Part shown: positions 32,292-42,894 of the stretch, piece after piece
Position numbering within the stretch: the stretch's first letter is position 1
How the letters are laid out: every line of letters starts with the position of its first letter
Source of the DNA: an uncultured Chloroflexia bacterium
GTDB lineage: Bacteria > Chloroflexota > Chloroflexia > Thermomicrobiales > UBA6265
Length of the DNA stretch: 64,000 bases
NCBI GenBank assembly: GCA_963762985.1
Contig: CAVXMK010000008.1
Location: 43,855 to 107,854 of the forward strand
Reading direction: 5' to 3'
Program-made: the position numbers and the translations under genes
Notes under the pieces: model-generated
What the model saw: the letters and a program-made list of their open reading frames with translations, nothing else
Told to the model about the DNA's origin: nothing
Database searches by the model: none

Positions 32292-33161
32292 GTGCAGGAC
32301 GTGCTCATCGGTCCTGACGCGGTGGCCGCCGTGCTGGGCGCCTCCCCGAGCAACGTCGAACCCCGCGACGGGACGACCTACGTGGCCGTGAACGTCTCGG
32401 CGCGCAACGCCGGGACAACGCCGCTCTGGATCAGCAACGACGACTTTGCGGTGACCGGAAGTTCGGGGCTGATCTACCGGTTCCTGGGTGCGCAACCTCC
32501 CGAGCCGGCGCTCGACCAGACGCTGGGGCCCGGGGAGAGCGCCTCAGGGTGGGTCGGCCTTCGGCGTTCCGCTCGAAGAGGCGTCGCTTCTGCTTCTGTT
32601 CGACAGCCTCGAACTCGGCGGGGTCTGGGCCGATCGCGTTCTGGCGCTGCAGGACGGGGCCGCGCATGCCCGATCTCGCGGAGCGCACCGCGGCGCCCAA
32701 CGGCGAAGGAGCCTCGATCGGGGCCGCGCTCGGCTTCGGGGCCGTCGCCAGTGACCGACCAATGGTCCGTGGAGCTGCTCGACGTCGTCTCGGGCGCCGC
32801 CGCGTTCGACCTCGTCGATTACCGCACCGGGGCGCTTGGCGTCGGGGATGCGGTGGGGGACGACGGTTCGGTCTGGGTCGCGTTGCGCTTCCGCATCCAG
32901 AACGCGCAAGCCGGCGGGGAGCTGGCCTGGTTCCCGAGCAACGCCTTCGCCCTCGTCGACGATGCCGGGAGCCGCTGCTCGACGTCGTCACGCTCACCCC
33001 GCCCCGGCCGGACGCCGCCGGCGGGTACTATCCCGGCGCCGCGCGCGAAGGCTGGGTCATGTTCGACGTGCCAGCGGGCTACACGACGGCCACGGTGCGC
33101 TTCCTGCCGTTCGCGCACACCTCCACCCCGCTCGACCCGCGCTTTTTCGTCTTCTGCCTGA
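32292..33161 (+). CDS. Hypothetical protein with two DUF4352-like Ig domains, frameshifted, start uncertain
   Basis: Twice the pattern YVAVxV..N...F...PG....GWV.F.VP. Confidence 0.45.
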   Translation: MQDVLIGPDAVAAVLGASPSNVEPRDGTTYVAVNVSARNAGTTPLWISNDDFAVTGSSGLIYRFLGAQPPEPALDQTLGPGESASGWVGLRRSARRGVASASVRQPRTRRGLGRSRSGAAGRGRACPISRSAPRRPTAKEPRSGPRSASGPSPVTDQWSVELLDVVSGAAAFDLVDYRTGALGVGDAVGDDGSVWVALRFRIQNAQAGGELAWFPSNAFALVDDAGSRCSTSSRSPRPGRTPPAGTIPAPRAKAGSCSTCQRATRRPRCASCRSRTPPPRSTRAFSSSA

Positions 33162-33366
33162 GGGACGAAAACGCCGCTACGGCGTTGGCATGACGGCATC
33201 GCACGATGCCACGGGTGGCGAGAGCGGATCGCTCGTCGTTGGATCGATCGTCGTTCGGCCCCCGCGTGGCCACTGGAGGACCGACGCTCGCCCTAACGGG
33301 AAGCACCCTGGAAGGGCGCTGGAAGGTCCGCGGGCGGCTAGCGCTGTAGTAGAGGTAGATGACGGC

Positions 33367-35106
33367 ATGTCCATCGACATCGCTCATCGCTCAGGCGCCT
33401 GCGCCACCCCGATCCCGTGCCGGGGACCGCACCCTCGAGCGGCGCCCGGATCGCCGCCGCGGCCGGATTCCTTCTGGGCGTGTTCCTCTCCTTCCTGGGC
33501 TTTACCTGGGACGTCCAGTGGCACACCGACGTCGGCCCCGACACCTTCTTCACCGCCCCGCACCTGGTGCTCTACGGCGGCGTGGCCATCGCCGGCCTGA
33601 CCTCCCTGGCCATGGTGCTGCTGACCACTTGGTACGCCCGGCGCGGCTCGTCCGCGGCGCTGGAGGGGACTATCGCCGTTCCTGGGCGGGCTTTTTCGGG
33701 GGCCACTGGGGTACATCATCGGCGGCTTCGGCGCGCTCTTCTTCCTCCTCTTCGGGCTGATGGACCAGTGGTGGCACACCCTCTACGGCTTCGACGTCAC
33801 CCTCGTCTCGCCGCCGCACGTCGGGCTGATCCTCTCCATCATGGTCACCATGGCCGGCTGCCTCACCGCGCTCGCCTGGCACGTGCGCACGGCGCATGGC
33901 CCCGTCCAGCGGTTCTTCGCCGCGATGGGCGCCGCGTTTGCGGCCGCCGTGCTCGTGGCCTTCATCACCCCGACACTGACCGATCTCTTCCCGTGGCGGT
34001 TGTTCGGAGTGGTCTCCTGGCCCAACACCGTCGTCTCATTGCTCTACCCGGCAGCGATTTTGACGGTCATCTCCGTCGTCCGTCGCCCCTGGGGCGGCAC
34101 CCTCTTCGGCCTCGTTTTCACCGCGCTCGATCTGCTCACCACCGCCATCATCCCCGGCATCACCCGCGACTACGCGGCCAGCATCGGGTTGTTCATGCGC
34201 GACAACACCACCGGCGACGTCGTCGTCTCCGGGCTGTTGCCAACGTATGTCCTGCTCGCCGGCATCGCCGCGGATCTCGTGCTCCTTGCCGGCCGCGCGT
34301 TGGGATGGCGTCTCTCGATCGTCGTGCCGCTCGCCGGCGCCGCGGCCGCGTTAGCCCTGCGGCTGCCCGAACCGAACCTGCCGCTCTATGCGCCGGACCC
34401 GCTGGCCCCTGCCGAGGTCATCGCCGCCTGGACGGAAATCACCGCGGCGGTCTCCACCTCCAGTCTCATCCTGGCCCCGCTCCTCGGCGCGTTGGCCGGG
34501 TGGTTCGGTTGGTTGCTCGGGATCGTGCTCACGGGGAGCGCGTCAGGAGCCGCACCCCGCGTTCCGGGAAAGGCTGTCGTGGCGACAGCCGCGGCCATCC
34601 TCCTGCTCCTGACCCCGGCGACGACCTTGGCCCACGCGCCCGACCCGCACCACGAAACGATCCAGGCCGGCCCCTATGAGGTGCTCGTCGGCTTCAGCGA
34701 GTGGCCCATCCGCGCCGAGCGCTCGCTCGACATCACCTTCGAACCGGAAGGAGGGATCGGAGACAAGACCGCCACGATCCGGATTACCGACCCCAACGGC
34801 GAGTGGGAACGCGGCGGCGTCGGCCCCCTCGGCCGCCATCCCCGCCAGCGCGACCTGTGGGGTCTCGACCTGATCGCCTTCCCTACCCCCGGCGACTGGA
34901 CGATCGAGCTGACCATCGACGGCCCGGAAGGAACTGGCACGGGAACCCTGTCAGGCATCGCTGTCGGCGAGCGCCCCGGCCCGCCCCCGGCCCCGATGTG
35001 GGTCATCGCCGCGTTGCCGCTCCTCTTTCTGGTCTGGCTCGGGGTGCGCGGCTGGGTGCGGGTGCGACCGGGCAAGAGGCAAGAAGCCTTTGCCTGGACG
35101 ACGTAA
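33367..35106 (+). CDS. Polytopic membrane protein with two DxxWH...H motifs and a C-terminal YtkA/FixH-like domain (frameshifts near 33410 and 33690)
   Basis: DVQWHTDVGPDTFFTAPH, DQWWHTLYGFDVTLVSPPH, ATTLAHAPDPHHE, FPTPGDWTIELTIDG, final TM. Confidence 0.7.
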
Positions 35107-35286
35107 GCAGCGGAACTGTGCCGGGGCGAGTTCGCCCGGACCATGGCTGCGGCGCGGGTCCCCTGACCCAGGCCTCCACGAGTGTCCTGCGTGGTGTCGC
35201 CGGTCGCGTTGCATGGCCAAAAGTTGCAGCGGCCCCCCGGAGGCGGGCCCCACGGGACCCGCCTCGCCGCCTGTTAGCGTCTCGCC

Positions 35287-35661
35287 TCACGCTTCCTGCA
35301 TCGCCAGGAAGTTGCGAGAGGCGACCTCCATGGTCCGGTGAAACGGCTCCCGCGGGCTGAACTCGATGACCTCCGTCCCGGCTTCCATGGCCGGTGCGTG
35401 TCCGGGCGGCAGGTAGTAGGCATCGCCGGCCTCGACGATCTCCTCCCGGTCGGGATAGCGGACTCGCATCCGGCCCCGGACGACGTAGCCCCAGTGCGGG
35501 CACTGGCACATGTCGTCCGGCAACCCCTGCAGGAGGGGACCGACGTCGAACGCCGTCTCGAAGGTCTCGTGCCCGACATGGAAGTCGCCCCACTCGGCCT
35601 CGCGGATGACGACGCCATCCTCTTCAACCATGACCTGAAGTTCTCTTGTTGCCGCGTGCAT
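35287..35661 (-). CDS. Cupin-domain protein
   Basis: CQCPHWGYVVRG...AGDAYYLPPGH...EFSP. Confidence 0.8.
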   Translation of the reverse strand: MHAATRELQVMVEEDGVVIREAEWGDFHVGHETFETAFDVGPLLQGLPDDMCQCPHWGYVVRGRMRVRYPDREEIVEAGDAYYLPPGHAPAMEAGTEVIEFSPREPFHRTMEVASRNFLAMQEA

Positions 35662-35724
35662 GGTAGATACCCCCTCGGGAGCGTGCGGCCGTCGTACTGG
35701 CCAGCTCCCGACTATCGACTCGAT

Positions 35725-36039
35725 TCAGACTGGCACGGAGGCCGGCTCGATGGCGACGATTTCGCCGTCGTTCCACTCGGGGTCGCGCTCCAGCAGCGCC
35801 CGCATCGCTTCGTACTGCCGGTGCTGCTCCGGGTCGGCGGCGTTCTTTCGGTAGTTGGCTTCCGAGTCGAAGATCGACAGCACGAGCCATTCGCCGGGGA
35901 CCCGCTCCGACTTGAGCACGTAGTTGGCGATGAACCCGGTCGCCTGTGGTTGGTGTTCCCGCGGCCACTCCTCGTGAAGCACCCTGGCGGCCTCTTCCTT
36001 TCCGGGCTTGATCTGGATCCGCGCGACGGTTCCATACAT
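35725..36039 (-). CDS. ABM-like dimeric alpha/beta barrel protein
   Basis: MYGTVARIQIKPG...FDSEANYRKNAADPEQH...PEWNDGEI. Confidence 0.7.
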   Translation of the reverse strand: MYGTVARIQIKPGKEEAARVLHEEWPREHQPQATGFIANYVLKSERVPGEWLVLSIFDSEANYRKNAADPEQHRQYEAMRALLERDPEWNDGEIVAIEPASVPV

Positions 36040-36185
36040 GCCTCGCTCCTCTCCTGTGCCGTGCCGCGCCGGTCGATTCCGGCTGGAGAGAGCGTGCCAG
36101 CGTTCGGCGCCGCTGACGATTGTGGAAAGCACCGATTTTGCGCGGTTCCGAGTACGCAGATCGCGGGCTGGGCGTGACGCAGTAC

Positions 36186-39158
36186 TTACGTACCGGGATG
36201 GGCGAGGCGCTGTCGCTCCGCCCAGGCCGCGACGCCGGCTCGTGAGCGAACCTCCAGCTTGCGGAGGATGCTGGCGACGTGCGCTTCGACGGTGCGCTCG
36301 CTGACAAAGAGCGCCGCGGCGATCTCGCGATTGGAGCGGCCGGCCGCGAGATGCACGGCCACCTCGCGCTCACGTCGCGTCAGACCTCCGGCAGCCTCTG
36401 TCGCTGGGCGCGTCGCCGCGTCGTCCACTACCAGATCGGCGGCGAGCCTGAACTCCGCGCGAAACGCTTCTTGCGGGATCGTCTCGGCAAGTCGCTCGGC
36501 GATTTCGCGGGCCAAGGTCTCCTCCCGGCCCGCGTCGTGCACCCGGCCGTGGTCACGCAGGACATTGGCAAGCGTCGCGTGCAGCACCCGCAGCGTTGGG
36601 GCGGCGCCTTGTGCCCGAGCCGCGTCCTGCGCTTCGCGCAGGAGCGCCTCGGCCCGCTCCACGTCGCCAATCGCCGAGAGTGCGGCCGCCTTGCGCCGCG
36701 CCAGGTGCGGAATCTCGCCTTCGGCGCCGAGGTTGACGGCGGTGGCATAGAGCTGGTCGACGATGGCAATGGCGTCCCGAGACCGGCCACTCGCCAACGC
36801 CATGTCGGCTTGAGCTGCCCAGAGCAATCGCTCTCCCTGCGCCCGCATCGGTGTTTCGGGGGTCAGCACGTCGGCCAATGCTGAAGCGGCCGCCTCCGTT
36901 TTCCCCAGCGCAACGAATGCCGACGCGAGGCCCGCCGTCGCCGTGCTCGTCCACCCGCGGGAGTGGATATCCCGCGCCAACCCCAGGACACCCTCCAATT
37001 CGCCCCGTTCCCGCTCGGGCATGAGCATTGCGCCAAATAGCCGAGCCAGTCCCCAACGCGCCTGCACCATCCATTGCCGGTGATCGATCTCTTCGGCGAT
37101 GGCCGTGCTCTGGTGCAGGAATGCGAGCGCCTTGCCGAAATCCCCCGCGGCCGCCCATCCCTCCCCGAGCAATGCCAGGAGAAAGGCCTCCCCAGAGCGC
37201 CAATCGATGTCACGGGCCACGGACAGGGCGCGCTCAACCGCGGCGATGGCATGGGGAATGCCCGGTCCGCCAGCCAGCGTCTCGAGCTCGAAAAACGCGC
37301 CTGACTGCGCCGTCAGTGGCAGGACGCCGGCAAGCCCCTGCCGATCCTCGAGGACCTCGAACAGGTTCGCGGCCCGCTCCGCGGCTTCCCGCGACGCGAC
37401 GAGATCGCCGCCCAAGCTGTGCGTCATGGCCAACAGGTCAAGCGTTTCGGCGAGACCGGAGCGGTCCTCCAGTCGCGCAAAAATCACGAGAGCCTCATCG
37501 TGGCAGCGCAACGCCTCAGTCAGCTCCTCGCGGTTGGCATGCCAGTTGCCGAGCCGATTGAGCGCGCCTGCCAAAGCCGCCGCGTCGTCCATGGCGCGCG
37601 CGAGATCGACCGCGCGAAGCAGCCAGGCGTGGGCCCGATCGTAGTCGCGCCCGCTCCAGAGGAGCCCAAGAGCGAGCAGCGAGGCCATGGCGAGCGCCTG
37701 GTCGTCGGTGGCTTCGGCAGCCTCCAACGCCGCCGTGTAGTCGGCATGCGCGGCGCTGAAGTCGCCGATGGCGTCGAACGCTTGCCCGCGCGCATGAAGA
37801 AGCCCTGCGGCGGGAACAGCTTCCAGACGGGACGCCGCTTCCATGGCCCGCGTGTATTGGTCGGCGGCGATCTGCGGCGCGTAGAGGGCGCGCGCCCGGT
37901 CGCCGGCTGCCCGAGCAAGCGCGCTGGCGCGCTCCCAGTGCTCTGCTTCGAAGTGGTGGTACGCGAGATCCTCAAGCAAGGCATCGCGCGTCGAAGGCGT
38001 CTTCCGCTCAATAGCGTGCGCCACCCGCTCATGCAGGGTGCGCCGCTCTCGCGCAAGCAAGCCGGCATACACCGCTTGCCGGGCCAGGGCGTGGCGAAAG
38101 GCGAATTGATCGGCGGAGACCTCCACCAGGAGCTGGGCTGCGATCAACTCCTTGACGGCGGTCACCAGGGCCGCTTCGTCGAGCCCGCTCAAGGAGCGGA
38201 GGAGGTCGAAGTCGATGCGGCGCCCAACGACCCCGGCCAGGGTAAGCACCTCGCGAGCGGTGGGGCTAAGCAAGGCGCCGCGTCGCTGCACCGCGTCCTC
38301 GACGCTGCGTGGGACTCGCAATCGATCGAGCGGCTTGCGCTGCCATCCTTCATCCGACGGGTAGATGCCCCCCTCGGCGATGAGGGACCGCACAACTTCC
38401 TCCGCGAAAAACGGATTGCCCCCGGTCAGCCCATGCAGCGAACGCACGAAGACCGCGGCCGGCGGCCGCGGGAGATCGAGGATGGCTCGCAGCAATTGCC
38501 CAGTTTCAGACGGAGTGAGAGGTCGGAGTGCAATTTCGGCCGCAACGCGCTCCCGATCGATTTCCGCCAGGAATCGGGCGAGCCCTGAACCCTGTTCGTC
38601 GCTGCGATATGTGAGCAGCAGCGCAATGGGTGTGTCGGCTCTACGCCGAATGAGGCGCAAAAGCAACTCGAGACTGGCCTCGTCGCTCCAGTGGAGATCC
38701 TCAACGACGACGAGCAAGGGACGTTCCCTGGCCAGATGGGCCAGAAACTCCCGCATTTCATGGAAGAGGCGATGTTGCTCCAACCCAGGATCAAGCGCGG
38801 AGCGCGAGCCGACTGACGGTCCAGCCAGTTCGGAAGCGAGCTTGAGCAATTCTGGCGCCGCGACGTGCAGATGCTTCCGGACCTCATCCGGATTCGCCGC
38901 GACGTAGGTTCGCCAGAGGTCGAGAAACGGTGCGTAGGGAAGCGACCGGTCGCGCTCGAAGCAGGCGCCCTGCAGCACGCGATACCCGCGAGCCTCGGCG
39001 CGGGCAACGGCTTCACGCGCCAAGCGACTCTTGCCGATGCCTGCCTCGCCAGATACGAGGAGCAGACCGCGTTCGTTCCCGAGCAGGGCATCGATGGCGG
39101 CGAGCTCCTGGTCGCGGCCGACGATGAATGGTGCGCTGACTGGGCCAAGCAATGGCAT
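36186..39158 (-). CDS. Large ATP-binding LuxR-family (LAL/MalT-like) regulator: AAA, TPR and HTH domains
   Basis: VGRDQEL, GEAGIGKSRL, VVEDLHWSD, GGNPFF, FRHAL; LTRREREVA..GRSNREIA..LFVSERTVEAHV. Confidence 0.92.
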   Translation of the reverse strand: MPLLGPVSAPFIVGRDQELAAIDALLGNERGLLLVSGEAGIGKSRLAREAVARAEARGYRVLQGACFERDRSLPYAPFLDLWRTYVAANPDEVRKHLHVAAPELLKLASELAGPSVGSRSALDPGLEQHRLFHEMREFLAHLARERPLLVVVEDLHWSDEASLELLLRLIRRRADTPIALLLTYRSDEQGSGLARFLAEIDRERVAAEIALRPLTPSETGQLLRAILDLPRPPAAVFVRSLHGLTGGNPFFAEEVVRSLIAEGGIYPSDEGWQRKPLDRLRVPRSVEDAVQRRGALLSPTAREVLTLAGVVGRRIDFDLLRSLSGLDEAALVTAVKELIAAQLLVEVSADQFAFRHALARQAVYAGLLARERRTLHERVAHAIERKTPSTRDALLEDLAYHHFEAEHWERASALARAAGDRARALYAPQIAADQYTRAMEAASRLEAVPAAGLLHARGQAFDAIGDFSAAHADYTAALEAAEATDDQALAMASLLALGLLWSGRDYDRAHAWLLRAVDLARAMDDAAALAGALNRLGNWHANREELTEALRCHDEALVIFARLEDRSGLAETLDLLAMTHSLGGDLVASREAAERAANLFEVLEDRQGLAGVLPLTAQSGAFFELETLAGGPGIPHAIAAVERALSVARDIDWRSGEAFLLALLGEGWAAAGDFGKALAFLHQSTAIAEEIDHRQWMVQARWGLARLFGAMLMPERERGELEGVLGLARDIHSRGWTSTATAGLASAFVALGKTEAAASALADVLTPETPMRAQGERLLWAAQADMALASGRSRDAIAIVDQLYATAVNLGAEGEIPHLARRKAAALSAIGDVERAEALLREAQDAARAQGAAPTLRVLHATLANVLRDHGRVHDAGREETLAREIAERLAETIPQEAFRAEFRLAADLVVDDAATRPATEAAGGLTRREREVAVHLAAGRSNREIAAALFVSERTVEAHVASILRKLEVRSRAGVAAWAERQRLAHPGT

Positions 39159-39364
39159 GCGGGCGGAGACCTCCGCGCTGAAACGGCGCCTGCGCTATTG
39201 TCGCGCACAGAAGCGAACGTTCTCCCCTCAAGTGTGCGAGAGCAAGTTGAAGCCCATGGCTGCCACGCGTCTTGCGCGGTTCGAGCATCGCGGCCTACAA
39301 CGGTGATTCATGATCAAACGTCGTGCCGTGTTTCGGATGCAACAAGAAGAGGAGACTCCATCAC

Positions 39365-40210
39365 ATGGTTGGCCGCCCCTGGACGTATCTCCCATCCGAA
39401 CCCTCCGCCATCGCCGTCGACCGCCCCTTCTACGACCGCATCGCCAGTGAAACCGATGGCCGCGTCTTGACTCACCGCCACACCGTCCCCATCCGCTCCG
39501 GCTACGCCTGGCCGGTGAGGGCGGGACAGGTCTGCCGCGTCGTCGCCGTCGAGGGACCGCAGGTCGTCGACTTCAACTGCTGGAACAGGCACAACCCGCG
39601 GGAGCGCTTCTGGGCGGCGCGCACCCGGCAACTGGAGAGCACCCACCTGACCGACAGCCACCGCCTCTGGTCCGTCCTCCCCTACCTGCGGCCGATGCTG
39701 ACCATCACTCGCGAGACGGTCAAGTACGGCGAGGACGCGGACGGCGGGCGCTGCCACGACCTGCTCGGCACGCGCTGCGATCCCTACGTGACCAAGCTCC
39801 TCTCCGGGGAGACGTTCGATTTCAACTGCCACGCCAATCTCACTCGCGCCGTCCTCCCCTGGCATCTCAACGAGTCGGACGTCCACGACGTGCTCAACAT
39901 CTTCCAGGTCACGGGACTCGACAAGGATGGCCGCTACTTCATGACGGCGAGCCCCGCCAGAAAGGGCGATTACTTCGAGTTCCTGGCCGAGATAGATCTC
40001 CTCTGCGCCGTCTCCACCTGCCCCGGCGGCGATCTCTCCGTTCCCCTCTGGGGACCGGAGACCGGTGATCCTCTGCCGACCTGCAAACCGATCGGTATCG
40101 AGGTCTACGATATTCCGGAACGGCTGCTAACCGGATGGTCGTCGCCCGCGCCTTCGGACTATGACGGGTTCTTCGGGTTGCGTCGGCCGGTGTGGGGCGA
40201 GAACGACTGA
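39365..40210 (+). CDS. Urea carboxylase-associated DUF1989 family protein
   Basis: EGPQVVD, HDLLGTRCDPY, CHANL, VHDVLNIFQ, STCPGGD. Confidence 0.85.
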   Translation: MVGRPWTYLPSEPSAIAVDRPFYDRIASETDGRVLTHRHTVPIRSGYAWPVRAGQVCRVVAVEGPQVVDFNCWNRHNPRERFWAARTRQLESTHLTDSHRLWSVLPYLRPMLTITRETVKYGEDADGGRCHDLLGTRCDPYVTKLLSGETFDFNCHANLTRAVLPWHLNESDVHDVLNIFQVTGLDKDGRYFMTASPARKGDYFEFLAEIDLLCAVSTCPGGDLSVPLWGPETGDPLPTCKPIGIEVYDIPERLLTGWSSPAPSDYDGFFGLRRPVWGEND

Positions 40211-40220
40211 TTGCTTTCCG

Positions 40221-41482
40221 TCAGCCGGTTGGCGTTGCCTCGATGGCCGTCGCCACGGCGCGCCCCCCACCGAGCACGATGAAAACCCCCAGCAACGCCA
40301 CCACGATCCCGCCCGCCACACCGTACGCCGGCAGCCAGCCGTATCGCTGCGCCGTCCAGCCGAACAGCGGAAACGCCCAGATCATGGTCACCGAATAGAG
40401 GAACCCTTCAACGGAGAGCACCGTCGCTCGTTGCGCCGAGGAAATCGCCATGTTGACCCGCTGCGCGATCATCGGCTCGAAGGCGCCGGCAAAGAGTTCG
40501 GCCACGATCAGTCCGGCGATGGCCAGGGGGACCGAGGCGCCACCCAGCAACAACCCTGACCCGGCGATGGCGCCCGTCGCCATCACCGTCCAGAAGCGGA
40601 ATGGGCGTAGACGCGTCAGCCGCCCCGCCAGCCACGCCCCGATGGCGGTGGTGAAGAGGGTGACGCTGAGCACGATGCCGATCTGCGATGGCGCCAGACC
40701 GCGTTCCGACAGCACCGCCTGGGCATAGAGATGGACCAGCGCCGAAACCGTCCACAGCGCGGCGGCAAAGACGATCAAGGCCGCGAGCTGCCCATCCCCG
40801 CGCACGATCCGCAAGGCCTCCACAATCGTGCCGCCCATGCCGCGCCGCTCTTCGCTCGGACGGGTCGGTTCGTTGAGACCGACGCCAACCAGGCTGCGGC
40901 CAGTCCCGCCCCGACGGCCAACCCGAAAGGCAGGGCGTAGTCGCGCTCGGCCAGCGTGGCCCCCAGCGCGGTCGTTGCCGCGATGGCCACATAGGCCACC
41001 GCGTTCAGCTTCCCCAGCAAGCTCGTGAAGCGGGTTCCCGTCGGCTCGCTCCCCATGCTGTCGAAGAGAAATGCCTGCTGCGCCCCGGAGCGGAAGGCGT
41101 ACGCCGCGCCGTTGAGGTACATGGCCGGCAGCAGCAGCCAGAGCGAGTCCGCCACGAACATCAGCGTCGTCGATCCGGCGATCAGCAGCGCGCCGGCCGT
41201 CATCGACCACTTGCGGCCGAGCACGTCGGCGAACGACCCGGACGGGAGTTCCAGCGTCACCGGGGCCAGGTGGAACGCGGATTCCGCCAGCCCGATTTCG
41301 GCCAGCGAGAAGCCGCGGCTTTGCAGAAAGATGATCCAGATACCGGCGGTGAAGCTGAAGTCGTTGACGACCTGGAAGGCGTAGAAGCGGCGCAGATCGG
41401 CGCCCGGGGGCGCGGCCTCGGCCGCCGCCAGCGTCGCCGCGCTCTCGGCCGGAACGTGTCGGATCTGCTCCTCAGCATCCAT
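40221..41482 (-). CDS. MFS transporter (frameshift near 40880)
   Basis: ELPSGSFADVLGRK, SGAQQAFLFD, QRATVLS. Confidence 0.85.
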
Positions 41483-41615
41483 CCAGAAGTCCCTCTTCGC
41501 GCTCGCCACGACGGCTGGGGGAGTCTAGCAGCGCGTCGATCCGCCACAATTCGGGATTCGGTCGCTACAATGGGTCTCGGTCGCATCGTCCTATTCGCGT
41601 ATTCCGGGTGGTTGC

Positions 41616-41888
41616 GTGCCTGACCTCAAGACAGTGTTGCTCGTCTTCGCGGTGCTGCTGTGGGCCGGGGTTCAGTACGGTCTGATGGCCTGGGCCGTGC
41701 GCGACCTCGTCCGCCGGCCCCGCGTGCGCGGCGACAACAAGATGCTGTGGGGCATCCTCATCCTCACCGTGCCGGTCATCGGCGCGCTCTTCTACGCCGC
41801 GGTCGCGCCGGTGACCCCGATGGCGCGCGCGCCACGCCTCGTCGTGCCGCAACGCCGCCTGGCCGACCGTGACGAATCAGCCGCCTGA
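41616..41888 (+). CDS. PLDc N-terminal domain small membrane protein
   Basis: WAVRDL...KMLWGILIL..PVIGALFY. Confidence 0.7.
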   Translation: MPDLKTVLLVFAVLLWAGVQYGLMAWAVRDLVRRPRVRGDNKMLWGILILTVPVIGALFYAAVAPVTPMARAPRLVVPQRRLADRDESAA

Positions 41889-42894
41889 CGCACATCGAAC
41901 GGCGCTCTACCGGTCGCCTGCCTTTCGCGACCACGACACCGGAGCCCACGTCGAAAACACTTCCCGCCTCGTCGCCATCGACGCGGAACTGGAACGGCGC
42001 GACCTGCTCCGCGGTCGCCCGGAAATCCCCTTCGCCGCAGCGTCTGACGAAGACCTGTCTCGCGTGCACGATCCGCGCTACATCGCCGGCGTGCGCCAGT
42101 TCGCCGCGGGCGGAGGCGGCTGGTTGGACGCCGACACCGCTGTTTCCCCGCGCTCCGTTGACGTGGCCGCGCTCGCCGCCGGGGCGGGCATTGCCGCGGT
42201 CGACGCGGCGCTCGATGGCCGGGCGCGACGCGGTTTCGTGATGGCCCGGCCACCCGGCCATCACGCCACCCCGACGCGAGGGATGGGATTCTGCCTGTTC
42301 AATACAGTCGCCGTCGCCGCCGCGCACGCGCTGGACCAAGGGGTGGATCGGATACTCATCGTCGATTGGGATGTCCACCACGGCAACGGCACCCAGGACG
42401 CCTTCTACGACACCGATCGAGTGTTGTTCGCCTCGGTTCACCAGTGGCCGCTCTATCCAGGAACCGGGACCACGTCGGAGCGTGGCACTGGCCGCGGTGA
42501 GGACTACACCATCAACCTGCCCCTCGCCGCCGGCGCGGACGACCAGACCTACGCCGAGCTGTTCGATCGGGTCATCCTCCCGGCCGCCGCGGGCTACCAA
42601 CCCCAGCTCGTCCTCGTTTCGGCGGGGTTCGATGCCCACGCCCACGATCCGCTCGGCGGGATGCGTCTGACCGACCAAGGATTCGCCGCGCTCGCCCGCC
42701 GCGTGGTCCGCATCGCCGATGAACATGCGGACGGCCGCGTCCTGGCCTTCCTCGAAGGGGGCTACGACCCGCACGCGTTGGCCGCCAGCGTGGTGGCGAC
42801 ACTGGCCGCGCTCGACACAGACGACGCATCATTGAGCGGCGGCGCCCCCCGTTCCGAACCCGAGCGCCGCCAGAACGGAGACGCGGCACGATGA
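41869..42894 (+). CDS. Histone deacetylase-family Zn-dependent deacylase
   Basis: RPPGHHA, GFCLFN, DWDVHHGNGT, SAGFDAH, LEGGY. Confidence 0.95.
   Translation: MTNQPPDAHRTALYRSPAFRDHDTGAHVENTSRLVAIDAELERRDLLRGRPEIPFAAASDEDLSRVHDPRYIAGVRQFAAGGGGWLDADTAVSPRSVDVAALAAGAGIAAVDAALDGRARRGFVMARPPGHHATPTRGMGFCLFNTVAVAAAHALDQGVDRILIVDWDVHHGNGTQDAFYDTDRVLFASVHQWPLYPGTGTTSERGTGRGEDYTINLPLAAGADDQTYAELFDRVILPAAAGYQPQLVLVSAGFDAHAHDPLGGMRLTDQGFAALARRVVRIADEHADGRVLAFLEGGYDPHALAASVVATLAALDTDDASLSGGAPRSEPERRQNGDAAR

Noticed and set aside
36186-39158. STAND/Avs-type antiphage NTPase
   Set aside because: The C-terminal LuxR HTH and the absence of an effector domain indicate an ordinary LAL transcription regulator.
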